Assembly (NCBI GenBank): GCA_964187785.1
Contig: OZ076409.1
Span: forward strand, 25,174,001 to 25,238,000
Direction: 5' to 3'
DNA: 64,000 nucleotides
Source of the DNA: Amphiscolops sp. MND2022
Lineage: Eukaryota
Both the position numbers and the translations under genes were made by a program. The notes beneath the pieces were generated by a model. It did not search any database and was not told where the DNA came from. It saw nothing but the letters and a program-made list of their open reading frames with translations. Position 1 is the stretch's first letter, and every line of letters starts with the position of its first letter. Of the stretch, positions 41,101-56,100 are shown piece after piece.

Positions 41101-44100
41101 CAATTCAGTTTTAGTTACAGTTTCAGTTTTTTTCAAAATCGTTTCAGTACCTAGAGTTTCAGTTTCAGCTTTACATTCAGTTTCAGTATTGAACACTAGA
41201 TCAGTGTGAGTGATGTGGTCTGAAGAAAAAAGTCACTGCTATAGTCGGGCAATTTTTCCTTGAAAGGAAAACGTGCCGACTGAAAACAGTCAACTTAGCG
41301 ATCGAAACGATCATGCTTTTAAAACATCATTTAGCGATCGAAATGATCATATATTTTGAAGTTTGTGCTAAAAATTGAGGTTGAACAGGACAAATGCAAG
41401 CATTAAACGTCATATGGTACATTTGAAGGTAATTTAGAAATATAACAGTTGGATAGGTCGAACTCTGTCGACGATAACTTGAAACAAGACGGGAACGTCT
41501 AAAGTCGGCGCCATATCCAAGGCTCAAAAAGCGCAAAGTTTTTAAAATTGTAGAAGGGGGCTTCTTTAGGGCTCAAGGTGGAGGCCTTTGGATGCGTTCA
41601 AAATCAAGTACTGAGTACTTTTGGTAAAAGTGAATCCTTCACAAAAAGTGGTACATACGCGATGAGTGAAAAGTCTGACGAAAAAAAAGAAAACTAGCCA
41701 CTGAAATAGTCGGGCTCTTTCCACTAGAAAAGCGCCGACCAAAAATGAGACGTTGCTATGACGAAAACCTTTGAATAAACATAAATACGTTGAGCACTAG
41801 ATATGCATAGTTTCAACGTGATATCGAATGAACCACAAATTATTTCATTCTGGTCATTTGAAGTAAAATCTGAAAAAAGAATCAAAAGACCTCAATTGGA
41901 GGAAGCTTTTAATCTGAATTTTTGCAATTTCTTCAGGTGACGTTGAAATGCCGACTGTTGTTGGTGATGTCCTATCGGGTTCTCTGGGTTTATTTCGGAG
42001 CTATTTCCAGTAAACTATGAAAAACATCCTTACATAACAGCGCTTTTTGAGCCCCTATGCAAACTCAATGCTTTTTTGCAACTGAGAATTTGAAGTTATT
42101 GGACCTTTACAAAAACTATGGTCCCTTCATTCTCAGCTTGTTGAAATCTTGAAAAATTGGAACATTTTGCTAAGTTTGTACTTGAATGATCAAAATGCAC
42201 CAACTTGGCCTTGATTGTGTTGGTGTGGTTTATGAGAATCATCTCGAAGTTCTGAATGAGACCTAGCATCCTTCTCGATTGTGACGTGTATCTCTGAGCA
42301 TGTCTGGTTGTGTTGCTGATTGCCGAGTCGTTCACTGCATGCTGCCCAGCGATACTCTCTAGAAGTTCTACCTGCTCCAACAGCTGACTTTTGTTGCTGC
42401 TTATCTCATTGGCCATCTTCTGCACCTCAGCCAGCAGAATTTCAACTTCCACGAAGTCCGTGTTCATTCTGTCGATGAAATCCTGAAAACATTGCGAACT
42501 ATGAAAGAGAAGTAAATGGGCTGATGTAAACTATAAAAATTTCGTTTATGAAAATAGGCCCCTCCGGGGCACATTATTATTTCTGCTTTAATCTTTCATT
42601 AATAATAGAATCATATCTGGAATACCAATACACTCCTGTTTAATCATAATTTAGCGCACAATTAATCACTGTACAAGTTTACGGTGAATTCTCAAATAAG
42701 ATAAGAGAAAATAACAAAAAAAATTAGTTTCAAATAACAACAAGCCGGGACCGGCCCAAGTCGGCGCCATATCTAAGGCTCAAAAACAGCAAAAGGACTT
42801 CAATATGTAAAGTATTGGTGAGTTGGGGACCCTTTTATGAAAACTTTTTTTGGAAAAAAATCTCACAGTGCCTTTGGGATTTCTCAACATCCATTATGTC
42901 GGAAAACAGCAAAAAAATTGAAGGGGGACACTTTGGGGGAATTTTTTTCCGGGAAAAGTCTCACAATGCCGAAAAAAACTGAAAGGGGAGACCCTTTGGT
43001 CTGGCCCGGTATGGTATGTTACGCGGGAAAACAGGAAAAACCTGTTGGTTCAGTTCGCTAGGCCAAATGGTGCAATAATATTTTGTAGAACTTTTGTAGA
43101 ACTATTTTGGTCAGTCCAGGTGGTCTTAAAAAACACTGACGAAAAGCCATGACTATAGTCGACTCTTTTCTAAAAAAGCGCCGACTAAAAATGAAAAGAG
43201 TTTTACTAAACATAAAAACAAAATTGTTTACGAGAGAGTTTTACTGGTCAAAATCATTCACAATTCAAAAGACTCACTGAAAAAAGTATGAAAAGTACAA
43301 ATAAAATTTCGTGAATTTGATTGTTTAACCGGGCATTCGGTTTAATTTTTATGTTATTTGAAACTAATTTTGTTTTTATGTTATTTGCGCTTATGTTATT
43401 TGGTACGTAATCAAAGTTTACACCGCCTTTAATTCTTCTCGGACTAAAGAAAATATAACTACTAAGCGTAGACGAAGTTTCGCATTCGCATTTGAATGCA
43501 GGCGAAGCTTTCAACGAACAAATAATTAACACTCATTCGTTTCATCTCAATGACGTCAGCGTACAAATGCATAATTACCACGGTGACAATTCAAATCGTA
43601 AAATATTCAAACGGTCGAAAAAATCAAGGCTATTCAAAGCGTCGAAAGAATTCCATAGCAGCGATTATTTTCAGGTTATAATTTGGAGAGGTTAGCATAT
43701 TTGTTGTATGGCTCTGTCTCTTCCCTCCCTTCGCCAAGTAGCAACATTGAGGCATGGTCATATGGCACGTCGCTTCGCTCCTGCATTTAGGACACTAGGG
43801 GTATGTGATCATAGCTGACTACGTTAACAAAATCGGCGATTTTTATTTTTACCAATCGGCGATTTTGTACTGCTTTAAATCGGCTGTTTTGTTCTATTTT
43901 GAAAATCGGCTGTTTTGTCCCGTTTAAAATCGGCTGTTTTGTCCCGCTCCCGTTGAAAGAGATCTTGTATGAATATGTAAAATATCATCAACTATTTCTT
44001 TCTAGAATCAATTTCTGACTAGAATCACTTAAGTCTTTTAGTAGTAATAGTAGTAAATCTCGGACTGAAGCAAATATATATTTGAATGCAGGCGAAGCTC

Positions 44101-47100
44101 TCCGCGAAAGAATAATAAACACTCATTCGGTTCATCTCAATAACTCGGCGCAACGAAAGCACAATTACGAACATTTGCTCGCTTCATCTCAATGACGTCA
44201 GCCTACGAATGCATAATTACCACTCGCTCGTTCCATCGCACGAAATTTAATTCTCACGCTTATAGTCACTGCCGAACAAATATCTGAATTATTCAGTATC
44301 GTACGAAGAATTGTACTGAAAAAAATAAGTAGACATATTGAGATTTCTATAATAATCCTACTATCGCAGAAATAATAAAACAGTACAACTAGCTGCAGCG
44401 TTGTTGCTATCTTCAGTATCAAAAATTTTATTCTGGGTGAAAAAGCTGCCCAGGAAAAATACTCAAAGACGGGGCCCTTGTAACTGAAATCAACAAATTG
44501 GTTTAACAAGCCGGGAACGGCCCAAGTCGGCGCCATATCCAAGGCTCAAAAATAGCAAAAGGACTTCAAAATTTCCAAGTCTTGGTGAATTGGGACTACT
44601 TTTATGGAACAATTTTTTTTTGAAGAAGTCTCACAATGCCGAAAAAACTGAAAGGGAGGACCCTTTGGGATTTTTCAACATCCATTCTGTTGCAAAACTC
44701 CAAAAAATTGAAGGGGGACCCTTTCGTGGGGAAATTTTTTTGAAGTCGCACAGTGCCGAAAAAATCTAAAGGGGGACCTTTTGGTCTCGTCCGGTATTGT
44801 AAGTTACGCGGGAAACCTTTTTGGTTCAGTTCCTTGGGCCAACAGGTACATTTTGGGGTCTTCTGAATTTTGTAGAACTTTTGGTAGAACTATTTTGGTC
44901 AGTTCTGGTGGTCTTAAAAAAACACTGACGAAAAGCCATGACTATAGTCGACTCTTTTCTTAAGAAAAGCGCCGACTAAAAAAATTGACTTCAGTCTCGT
45001 CCAATTTTGCAACCAAAAAATAGCCCTGCACGTACTCTGAAAAACCTCCTACCCAAAAATCTTTCGTCAAAACCTTTTAGTATGAAACTTAATGAAATTA
45101 TTTATGAAATTGAGCGGTTCAAGATGCTGAAAAAACTATTCACTGTAATTTCTTCAGAAAGCGTAGACAAAAAACACCAACTGTCGCGACCTTTTGCGTT
45201 ACTTGACATTTAAGTCTATATATTTCTGAAATTTCAGCTTATATTACGTTATCAGCATTGAGGAACATTTGAAAGGCACTAACTTCAGCATCCTGTACAT
45301 GGCTGAACAGCTTATCGAAAGTATTTGTGTTTGAGAAATCAGACTGATCTATTCGTTGCAGAATAATTGCAATGTCTCCCAATCGGCTCACGATTCCATT
45401 GCAGATCACATCTGCCTCGTCCACATATTGCGCAACATCGTCCGTTGACTCATCCAATAATTGCGCCTTCCTCAGGGTGGAAGTTGCCAGGGCGACAATT
45501 TCAGTGAGTCGCTGCTGGAAGTTCTCCCCTGTGAAGTTGATCGGAGTGGATTGGATTTGCTTGATGGAGCGTTCAAGGGTAAGCGCCAATGTACGAATCT
45601 TGTCAACTGCTACTTGTACGAAGTCGTAACAAGAGTCGCAACCTAAAAAGATGAAATTGAAATATGACTTCGAATACATGGTCATTCATACTGCCAGGTT
45701 ACTTAGAAATAGTGAAATATTATGACGATAGTATCAACAATAAGCCGGGAACATGAAGGCTCAACATCGTAGTCTTAAATGTGCTAGAGGACTGTTTTGA
45801 AGAAAATTCTTGAAAACTCCACAGTGCCGAAAATAATCCACAGGGAACCTTCAGGCACGAAAAGCAATTCTGGAAACTTGAAGCATCAGAAAACTCAAAT
45901 GGGAGACCCTTTGGTGAAATGAGAAATGCTGCTATAAAAATGGCAGAGCTGAAAAATCCCAAATGGGCGCCCTTTGGTGTCGTCCAGCATAGCAAAAAAA
46001 ATTAGTCAAGATTTGAACAGAAACATCACTGTTTACCGGGTTATAGGTACGTGAAAAACGACTAACCAACTAGACATGACAATACATTCATCTTATCTTG
46101 AACTGATACAAGAACGAACATTCTCGTTTTTAAATCGTGCACAATAAAAACTAATGATTTTCCCTAGAAAGCAATTTTGCACATTGCTATACCTATCTAC
46201 CGAACAGATTACACGATTGCCGTATAAAAGAGACATCGAAAACACTGATTACTCGATGCATGGTACCACGCAGTACCTTACATAGAACTCACTTGAGTCT
46301 TGCTGAAACTGGGAAGGGGACCAAATAGTGACGTAATAATTGCAAAAAGGGGGTTTTCTCATCCATGCTGGATGGTGACCAGAAGATTTAATTTCAAGCA
46401 CAGAGAACAGACAAAGAATGGAGAAGACGCGAAAATGCATTACTGCTGATACAGCAAATACACAACTGACTAAAACGGAGTCAGAGAAATGTAGTCAAAC
46501 AAGTAAGGAAAGTGAAGTTCCACTTACCATGAGCTGTTCCCTAAAACAAACCAAAATCATCATTAAAATGGCATTAGTACACACATTCAAGCATGCATAT
46601 TCGCTCACTAGGTAAATTCACACGCTCTCAACACTTTCGAGGCATTAGTAGATAAAGATAAGTTCATGGAGAAAATCCACGAGGAACTTTATTCTTTTCC
46701 CACAAAAACAACCGAGTTTCCAGAAAAGAAACTAGGAGAAGGGTTGAGTTTAGGATGAATTGTTGTTAGATTTCAAGGTCGTTAAGGAATAATTTGAGCC
46801 TGAATAATTCACGAATTATTCAGTGAATTATTGCATGATTAAATTAAATTAAGTTTCATCAATAAAAAGCGCCACCATATACCAAATTTCGCATTAATTG
46901 GGTTGGCTTTGCCAGTGATTTGAGGAGTTGGGAACTATCACTATTTTGCCATGTGACGTAAATAGCCAATTTTGGCGTACAAATTCAATAAACACGCTCA
47001 AAAAACATAATTTGGTAGAAGACAAGTTCATTACGAGGTACTTTTTTGCGCTAAGGCGCAGACTTAAATCTGCTAATTTAGTAAATTTACTCTTCACAGT

Positions 47101-50100
47101 TCATTCCAAATAATTCATGAATTATTAGAATTATTCATATAATTGTTTTTTAACATGATACAAAAATTCAACAACACTGTTAGATTCATATGATAGCTTG
47201 ATTTGAACCAATGCTGAGACGAGATTTGATAGTACTAACGTTTGCATACAAAGAAAGTCTCCCACTCGTTGACTTCAAAGAACTTGTAATGGTTCTCAAT
47301 GCATCTGTCACATTTGGTACCAGTGACATTCGCTCTGCAGGGGGAACAGGAGCCTGAATCATCACATTGCACAGAACGTGAATCTTCCGAAACCACCCTA
47401 TTTGCCACGCCTTGGTTGTCGCATCCACAGTCGAGACAGCCGGCAAAGCTACGTGTTACAAAGTAGCCATCATTTGGAGATTTGAAGGTGGAATTGAAGC
47501 CGTAAGACCCAGAGGCGCACTGGTCACACTTTCTACCACTCACATTGGGTAAGCAAGGACACTGACCCGTGGTTGCGTCACAGACGGAAGAAGATGAGCC
47601 AACAGAACTGCATTCGCATGGAAAACACCCTAAAACCATCAAGAAATGAGAGGTTAGAAACATTCGTCATAGATTGAATAATAACTAATACATGTAATAC
47701 AGTGGAATCCGGCTAATTCGTATCGCTAGGGACCGAACAAAGTAGTACGAATAGTGAGAAATACGAATTAACCGGATGCTATTACTTCGGTCGTCACGAA
47801 ATGGGGGCTCAGATGCGCGCGAATTAAACGAAGATCCGAATTATCCGGATACAACTTCACCGGAGTTGACTGTATACTAATATTAATATACTAATATTTA
47901 TATAGGGGAGCGGGAATAACGTCTAAATACAGAACGAGAATAACGTCTAAAAATAAATCATTTTTCGGGAACAACGTCTAAAGTTTTAGACGTTATTCCA
48001 CTTTTTAGACGTTATTCCTGTTTCAAAAATTGGACTTTCGGAAAGTTAAAACATCTTTTTCTGAATAATTTTTCACACCAAACGGCTTACTTTGAAACAA
48101 TAATGTTTAACCTAAACAAAAAATATATCATTGAATTCTATACAATCTACAGAATTCGATGAATTTCAAATTTTCTGAAAAATATTTCAAAAACCTGTCC
48201 AAAACTGGGAAAATAGTGTCCTTTCTGCGCCGGAGATTTCACTTGATGTGCCAATCAGAATTGAAAGTGAGAGCAAATAGGGGGACGATTTTTTAATCAC
48301 AATGTATTTATACGGGACCGGGAATAGTATCTAAAAGAATAGTATCTGAAACAGTATGATTGGTTAGAACAGCCTCATCCATGTCAATTTGAGTGACTAG
48401 CAAACCCGTCTGCCCGAGGGGCAGAAGTCGCTTTTAGAATTGGCAGTCAAATCTTCACTATTTTTCGTATCCTGATGATGTTTTTTCTTTCATTTAAACG
48501 ATGTTGTGAATTATCATTAAAGAAACCTGATCAACTAATTTCGATGAAAAGCAATATTAAGGAATGGATTCAATTAATTCTGAGTAAACCACATTGTCAA
48601 TGAGAATCTTTTTATCGGTAATATTTTCATCAGAACAATCGGCTGAATAAATTTTAACAGCACTGCAGTCTCCAACCCTCGACATTGCTACGTACAACTG
48701 GCCGTGAGAAAACATCTGTTGTGGTAAGTAGATGCCTACTTTCGACAGAGTTTGCCCTTGAGATTTGTTAGGTGTGATTCCAAATGCTGGGCGTACAGGG
48801 AATTGTTTTCTTTTCATTGTAAATGGATACACAGTGTCTGAGGGTGACATGACTATTCTTGGTATGAAAAGCTTCTTTCCGGCGTGAGTTCCGGTTGCAA
48901 TGATAGCCTCAATTATGTTGGATCCTGCTTCCAAAACAATGTACCTCGTGCCATTACAATGTCCGTTGACGGCGTCAAAGTTCCTTAGTAACATTATGCA
49001 CGACCCTTTCTTCAGTTTCAATTCATGTGGTGGAAATCCAGAAGGAGTTAATTTGTTTAAAAACTCGGTAGGGTACCTAAACAATCAAAATTGGTAACAC
49101 ATTAGTGGTTCTTATTGAAAGCTGCGACTTGAAAATTTAGCTTAGAAAGTATTGAACCTGTGAGCATTCTCTGCAACTGTATCGCAACTTTTGTAAATCT
49201 TCTCCTTTCCTGGAAAACGCTCCATCATCATTTCGTTAACATTATCGACTGCGTTATTTGTAGGCGATATGATCGCTCTATTGGCCAACCAATCGTAGTT
49301 CATGTAATTCTGGGTCAGATCCTCGAAAACAAAGTCACACAAACCGGTCAAGGTATTGTTTCGAAGGAAAAACTTCGGTGGTAACCTGACTTTGAACTCT
49401 CCCTCTTCTTCAACGTTAAGCTTTCCACTTCCCAAGTGGTCCAGAAATTGACTGAAATTCGAAGAATCAGAAGTTTCTCCACAATTGATTATTCTCATGT
49501 TTTGACTGAGATGCATTGTTGTAACGCTGGGCCAGAGAAAAGAATTCTTGAGAGTTGCAGCAACTATTTGAGCGCGGCTCCCATGACGAATTACAGGCAA
49601 AATTTGCCTCCAATCACCTCCCAAAAGCACTGTCATTCCACCAAACGGGTAGTTGTTCCTCCTAACGTCTTGCAGTGAGCGATCTATACACTCAAAGATG
49701 TTTCTGTGACCCATTGAAATTTCATCGATAATCAAAAGGGAGGCTTCTTGTAGTAAAACGCCAGTGGCATCACGTCGACTGAAACCACATGTCGATTCGT
49801 CAGTCAAAGTCAACGGAACTTTCATTCTGGAATGAAGAGTCCTTCCTGAATCCAATAACGTAGATGCAATACCTGATAGAGCAGTCGCTAGTGCAATTTT
49901 TTTCTCCGATCTTACTTTTGCAAGAATCAAGTTCATTAGGTAGGTTTTACCTGTACCACCGGATGCATTGAGACAAAAAATTTTCCCAGAATTGTTCATG
50001 ACTGACTGAATCACAGCCTCGTAAACTACTTTTTGCTGGTCGTTCAAGGTGCATTCCTTGTAGAACACGTCTCTTTCCAATTTCAGTATGTCGTATTGCA

Positions 50101-53100
50101 GTTCTTCTTGGATTGTTTTGGGCTGCATGCTGGCTGTTGTGACCTCTGTAGGCATGGGTAACCCGAAGTCTTTTTGCAGACACAGATCTTCACGATCCAA
50201 TCTGTCTTTTATAAACTGTAGAATCTCATTTCTGATGTTTGCATTCACACCATCCACGCCGTCTCGTTTCATCAGATCCCAAGCCATTGCCAATTCCCAT
50301 TTTTTCCAGAAAGATACCGGTTCCGGAGGTGAAGCATAAAGGAGAATGGCGCAAAAAAATCCCGTAACTGGCATCCAAACCGAATGTTGGCGGCTTCTTG
50401 CATTGCTCGATCGGCTTCTCCATCGTCATCAAGCAGTCCCAATTGTCTGCAGGCAGCCTCAAAACTTTCACATAACTTTCCCGATACTGTCTTCAGGTCA
50501 TTGAAACCTTGTGGACCTCGAATGTGATGTAAAAGCATTCTGAGATGGTACAGTTCAGACTGATGTCTACTCAAAGAAACTACTGGTATCCTGCCAAGTG
50601 TGTCTGCCTTGAAGTAGCCTTCTCCAGCTGCATTTCCTCGCTTTCGTGGCGACCATTTTCTGTTTTTCTTATCCCACACGAAAAAGTTTGGAATTTCATG
50701 ATAAAGTAACGTCTTTGCAAAAGTGTCACATGCATTCAAATTGAAGAAAGCTTCCAGCTTGGTTATCGGTAGTCCAGTGGAGATAACATTGTCGAGTTGA
50801 TTTTCTCGGAAGATTACCGTTTGATCTCCAGGCAAGTGGCATGGAAGTTTTTCAATCGCAGGTTTCCTTGAGTGTATTGGAAAATCGTAGATCCGCCAAA
50901 ATGCTTCACTGGCTGAGATGTATCTAGCATTGAGATAGAGTTCAATCTCGTCGTTCGTTTGACAATCTGTCTCACTTTCCATCCTCATATTCAGAATAAT
51001 CCGGTCACTTCCTTTCAGTATGTATTTGTAGAGGTATTTAACAGCTGCAACCGAGTTGACAATTTCACAATTGATGTGTGCTTGAAATTTCATCGATAGA
51101 AAAGGATTATACGGTACCACCCATGAGTTGTCCAGAGTGATCAGCTGGTTCTTAACTTTTTTCTCGAATACTCGGCCTCCATCTTCAGGGGCTCTTCGTC
51201 TATATTCAGGAAAACCGTCTTTTGTGAAAAGTGTTTCTTGTTTGAATTTTTTAGGAAAATGTTTGCTACAATGTCTCTGACTTCCACTGCCTTCCATACA
51301 GGACGCATTTTCATTGAATTTTCCACATGGTCCATGCAGCATTGACTCAACAATGATCTGATGAAGTTGCGGATTTTCCATTCTGTCTGGTATCTCTGCC
51401 GAAACGACCTTGTTCACGTCTGCGGCCGATCGAGGTTTGTATTTGTCCTCCATTACCAGTAGAATGTGTGCATGAGTCAGACCCCGCTTTTGCCACTCAA
51501 TGGTTGCTGAATGGGCTACCACTTTACCCAAAATATCATTTTTCAGCAGATCCTCCATCAAGGCATCAAATTTGGCTTTGAAAACTCTGGCGCAAATGTC
51601 GGGTCTGTCTCGGGTATCCTCGCCTGGATTTAACAGTTCTTTTATTTCTGGCCAATTCGGATTTGTCGTGAAGGTTATGAAATAATCGGGCTTCCCAAAG
51701 TGGCGAACTACGCACATACTGTTTTGAAATTGTTCATTGTAAAAACGGGGCGAGCCGTAAATAGTTGGAGGTAAAATAACCTTTCTCCCTGCATTTTGCT
51801 CGTCACCATTAGCGATAGCGTCCATTAGCCCCTGATATTTGTCAGCTCTTATGTTGGATTGGTGTTGTCGTGCCCAAATGAGACGGTTTCCTTCTATCTT
51901 TGCCCAGCAGTCGACTGCATATTGTTGCATAAGTCGACGACTTTTCATCAACATATTGGAATTTGAAACCCTTACTTGTAATCGATATGCATAGAAGTCT
52001 GTGGCACTGAGTGTTCTGCCGTTTTTCTGTTTCAACCCTATTTCGAATCCGTCCTCGCCGTTAGGGAATAAAAGAACATAGAAAAGTGGATCATACGATC
52101 TGTGAACTGGACTGATTCTTTTCAGCTCACCACCTCTTCCATGGACTATAACATCGAGATTGTTTTCTGATTGTTGACCTGGTATGATGGCGGCAACTTC
52201 CGAACAATTGGGGAGATTATATTGTCGGCAATGTTCCGTGCTCGGCTTGAATTTCTTACTCGCTGTCAACAAAAGGTCGTATTCTCTGATAACATTCAAT
52301 TCTATTGCCGCTTTGAAGCTCTTGATATAGGGGTTGCAAGAATGCAACGCTTTCTGCAACCTATCAACAATTGACTTTTTTAAATTCTGCATCACCTTCA
52401 GACGGTTCTCCAGTTCACAGGCGCTATCATAAAAATATAGTTGACCGAATTTTGGTGAGTCACCTGGCAACGGCAGCAGAGAACCAATGCGGTGGTAATC
52501 TTTTCCCTGTACCTTGAATACAGCTTTATTGTTGGTTATTCCGTCATCTGGTTCATTACATCCCATGGATGCTAAGGCCATAAGGTTGTTGTAGGCCACA
52601 ATATTTTTCAAAAAATCATTGTTTTCAAAAAGATCCTTTATGGAATGTGGATATGTACTAAGTGGCGGGAGGTCGACGTTCCCTTTCCGGCAACAGAATG
52701 ATTCAAGTTCACACGACCATCTTTTCGAGTCACAGTACGAACAAATAGTGTTTGCTTCCCCTATGTTGTGGATCTGAACGTGCAGCTCCGCGAAATCGGA
52801 GGAATCGCAATGGCAGGCTATTCCAAGTGTCTTGGAGCGTTTCTCCAGCACTCGATTTTGTCTTCTCGAACGAATGCATTGTAATCGACACTCTCTGCCC
52901 TCTGATGTCTCTTCTTCGTAATGACGCTTTCTATCTTCCCGTTCCATTTGTCGTCTTGAATCAAGTCTCTGACTTCGAAGACTTTCTTCCTCAACGCTTC
53001 GCTGCAAAGCTTTTCGCGTCCGTCGTATTACGATCATCAGGCTCTCCTTTTTGCGAATTCGCTCAAGTGTTCGACTCAACTGCGAACCTGAAGACATTTT

Positions 53101-56100
53101 ACTCTAAAATAGAAAAGTCGTTTGTACAATCATTCACTCTCTATGGCTCCCATCACACTGGAATGTCATCTGGAAACGAACGTAACAGAGAAGCCGCTAA
53201 AACTTGGACATAACCATCGTTAGATCAAATTTCAGGATAATTATAGCTTGGATAGATCAGTGATCTGGAAAATCCGGCATAGATCTTGAATCGATCAGTG
53301 ATCTCAAAGGTCCGACCAGGATTATTAAATGATCAGCGATCTCGAAGATCCGTCCAAGATCTGTAACAGATCAGTGATCCGTCCAAGATCTTGGATAGAT
53401 CAGACATCTCGATTCTCCGACCAGGATCATGAAAAGATCAGTGATCTCGAAGATCTGTCCAAGATCTGTGACAGATCAGTGATCCGTCCAAGATCTGGGA
53501 TAGATCAATGATCTCCAAGATCCGTCCAATATCTTGGATAGATCAGTGATCTCGAAGATCAGTCCAAGATCTGGGACAGATCAGTGATCTCGAAGATCCG
53601 TCCAAGATCTGGGAGAGATCAGTGATCCGTCTAAGATCTTGCATAGATCAGTGATCTCAAAGATCCGTCCAAGAACTTGGATGGATCAGTGATCTCGAAG
53701 ATCCGTCCAAGATCTAGGACACATTAGGATCCGTCTAAGATCTTGGATAGATCAGTGATCTCGAAGATCCCTTCAAGATCTTGGATAGATCAGTGATCTC
53801 GAAGATCCCTTCAAGATCTTGGATAGATCAGTGATCTCGAAGATCCGACCTGGATCATGAAAAGATCGGCGATCTCGAAGATCCGTCCAAGATCTTGGCT
53901 AGATCAGTGATCCCTCCAAGATCTTGGATAGATCAGTGATCTCGAAGATCGGTCCAAGATCTTGGAAAGATCAGTAATCTCGAATATCCGACTCAGATCT
54001 TGGATAGATCAGTGATCGCGAAGATCCGACCAAGATCAAGAAATGATCAGTGATCTCGAAGATCCGACCAGGATCATGAAAAGATCAGCGATATCGAAGA
54101 TCCATCCAAGATTTGTGACAGATCAGTGATCCGTCCAAGATCTTGGATAGATCAATGATCTCGAAGATCTCTCCAAGATCTCGGATAGATCAGTGATCTC
54201 GAAGACCAGTCCAAGATCTGGGACAGATCCATGATCTCGAAGATCCGACCAGGATCATGAAAAGGTCAACAATCTCGAAGATCCGACCAGGATCATGAAA
54301 AGATCAGTGATCCGTCTAAGATCTTGGATAGGTCAGTGATCTCGAAGATCCGGCAAAAGATCTTGAAAAGATCAGTGATCTCGAAGATCCATCCAAGATC
54401 TTGGATAGATCAGTGATCTCCAAGATCTGACCAGGATCATGCAAAGATCAATGATCTCGAAGATCCGTCCAAGATCTGGGACACATCAGTGATCCGTCTG
54501 AGATCTTGGATAGATCAGTGATTTCGAAGATCCGGCAAAGATCTTGAATAGATAAGTGATCTCGAAGATCCATCCACGATCTTGGATAGATCAGTGATCT
54601 CGAAGATCCATCCACGATCTTGGATAGATCAGTGATCTCGAAGATCCATCCAAGATCTTGGATAGATCAGTGATCTCGAAGATCCAACCAGGATCATGAA
54701 AAGATCAGCGATCTCGAAGATCCGTCCAAGATCTTGGATAGATCAGTGATCTCGAAGATTGGTCCAAGATCTTGGATAGATCAGTAATCTCGAATATCCC
54801 ATCAAGATCTTGGATTGATCAGTGATCTCGAAGATCCGTCTTGGATCTTGGATAGATCAGTGATCTCGAAGATCCGGCAAAGATCTTGAATAGATAAGTG
54901 ATCTCGAAGATCCATCCAAGATCCTGGATAGATCAGTGATATCGAAGATCCGTCCAAGATCTTGGATAGATCAGTGATCTCGAAGATCCATCCAAGATCT
55001 TGGATAGATCAGTGATCTCGAAAATCCGTCCAAGATCTTGGATAGATCAATGATCTCGAAGATCCATTCAAGATCTTGGATGGATCAGTGATCTCGAAGA
55101 TCGGTCCAAGATCTTGGATAGATCAGCAATCTCGAATATCCCAACAAGATCTTGGATAGATCAGTAATCTCGAAGATCCGTCCAAGATCTGGGACAGATC
55201 AGTGATCCGTCCAATATCTTGGATAGATCAGTGATCTCGAAGATCCCTCCAAGATCTTGGATAGATCAGTGATCTCGAAGATCCGTCCAAGATCTCTGAC
55301 AGATCAGTGATCCGTCCAAGATCTTGGATAGATCAATGATCTCGAAGATCCCTCCAAGATCTTGGATGGATCAGTGATCTCGAAGATCCGTCCAAGATCT
55401 GGGACAGATCAGTGATCCGTCTTAGATCTTGGATAGATCAGTGATCTCGAAGATCCGGCAGAGATCTTGAATAGATCAGTGATTTCGAAGATCCATCCAA
55501 GGTCTTGGATAGATCAGTGATATCGAAGATCGGTCCAAGATCTTGGATAGATCAGTGATCTCGAAAATCCGACCAGGATCATGAAAAGATCAGCTATCTC
55601 GAAGATCTGTCCAAGATCTTGGATAGAACAGTGATCTCGAAGATCGGTCCAAGATCTTGGATAGATCAGTAATCTCGAATATCCGACCAAGATCTTGGAT
55701 AGATCAGTGATCTCGAAGATCCGTCCAAGATCTGGGATAGATCAGTGATCTCGAAGATCCGACCAAGATCTGGGATAGATCAGTGATCTCGAAGATCCGT
55801 CCAAGATCTGGGAGAGATCAGTGATCCGTCTAAGATCTTGGATAGATCAGTGATCTCGAAGATCCAGCAAAGATCTTGAATAGATCAGTGATCTCGAAGA
55901 TCCATCCAAGATCTGGGATAGATCAGTGAAATCGAAGATCCGTCCAAGATCTTGAATGGTTCAGTGATCTTGAAGATCCGGACAGAATCATGAAGGGATC
56001 AGCGATCTCGAAGATCCATCCGAGAGCTTGGATGAATCATTGGTTTCGAAGATTCATCTAACATCTTAGATAGAACAAAAATCTCGAAGATCCGTCCAAG

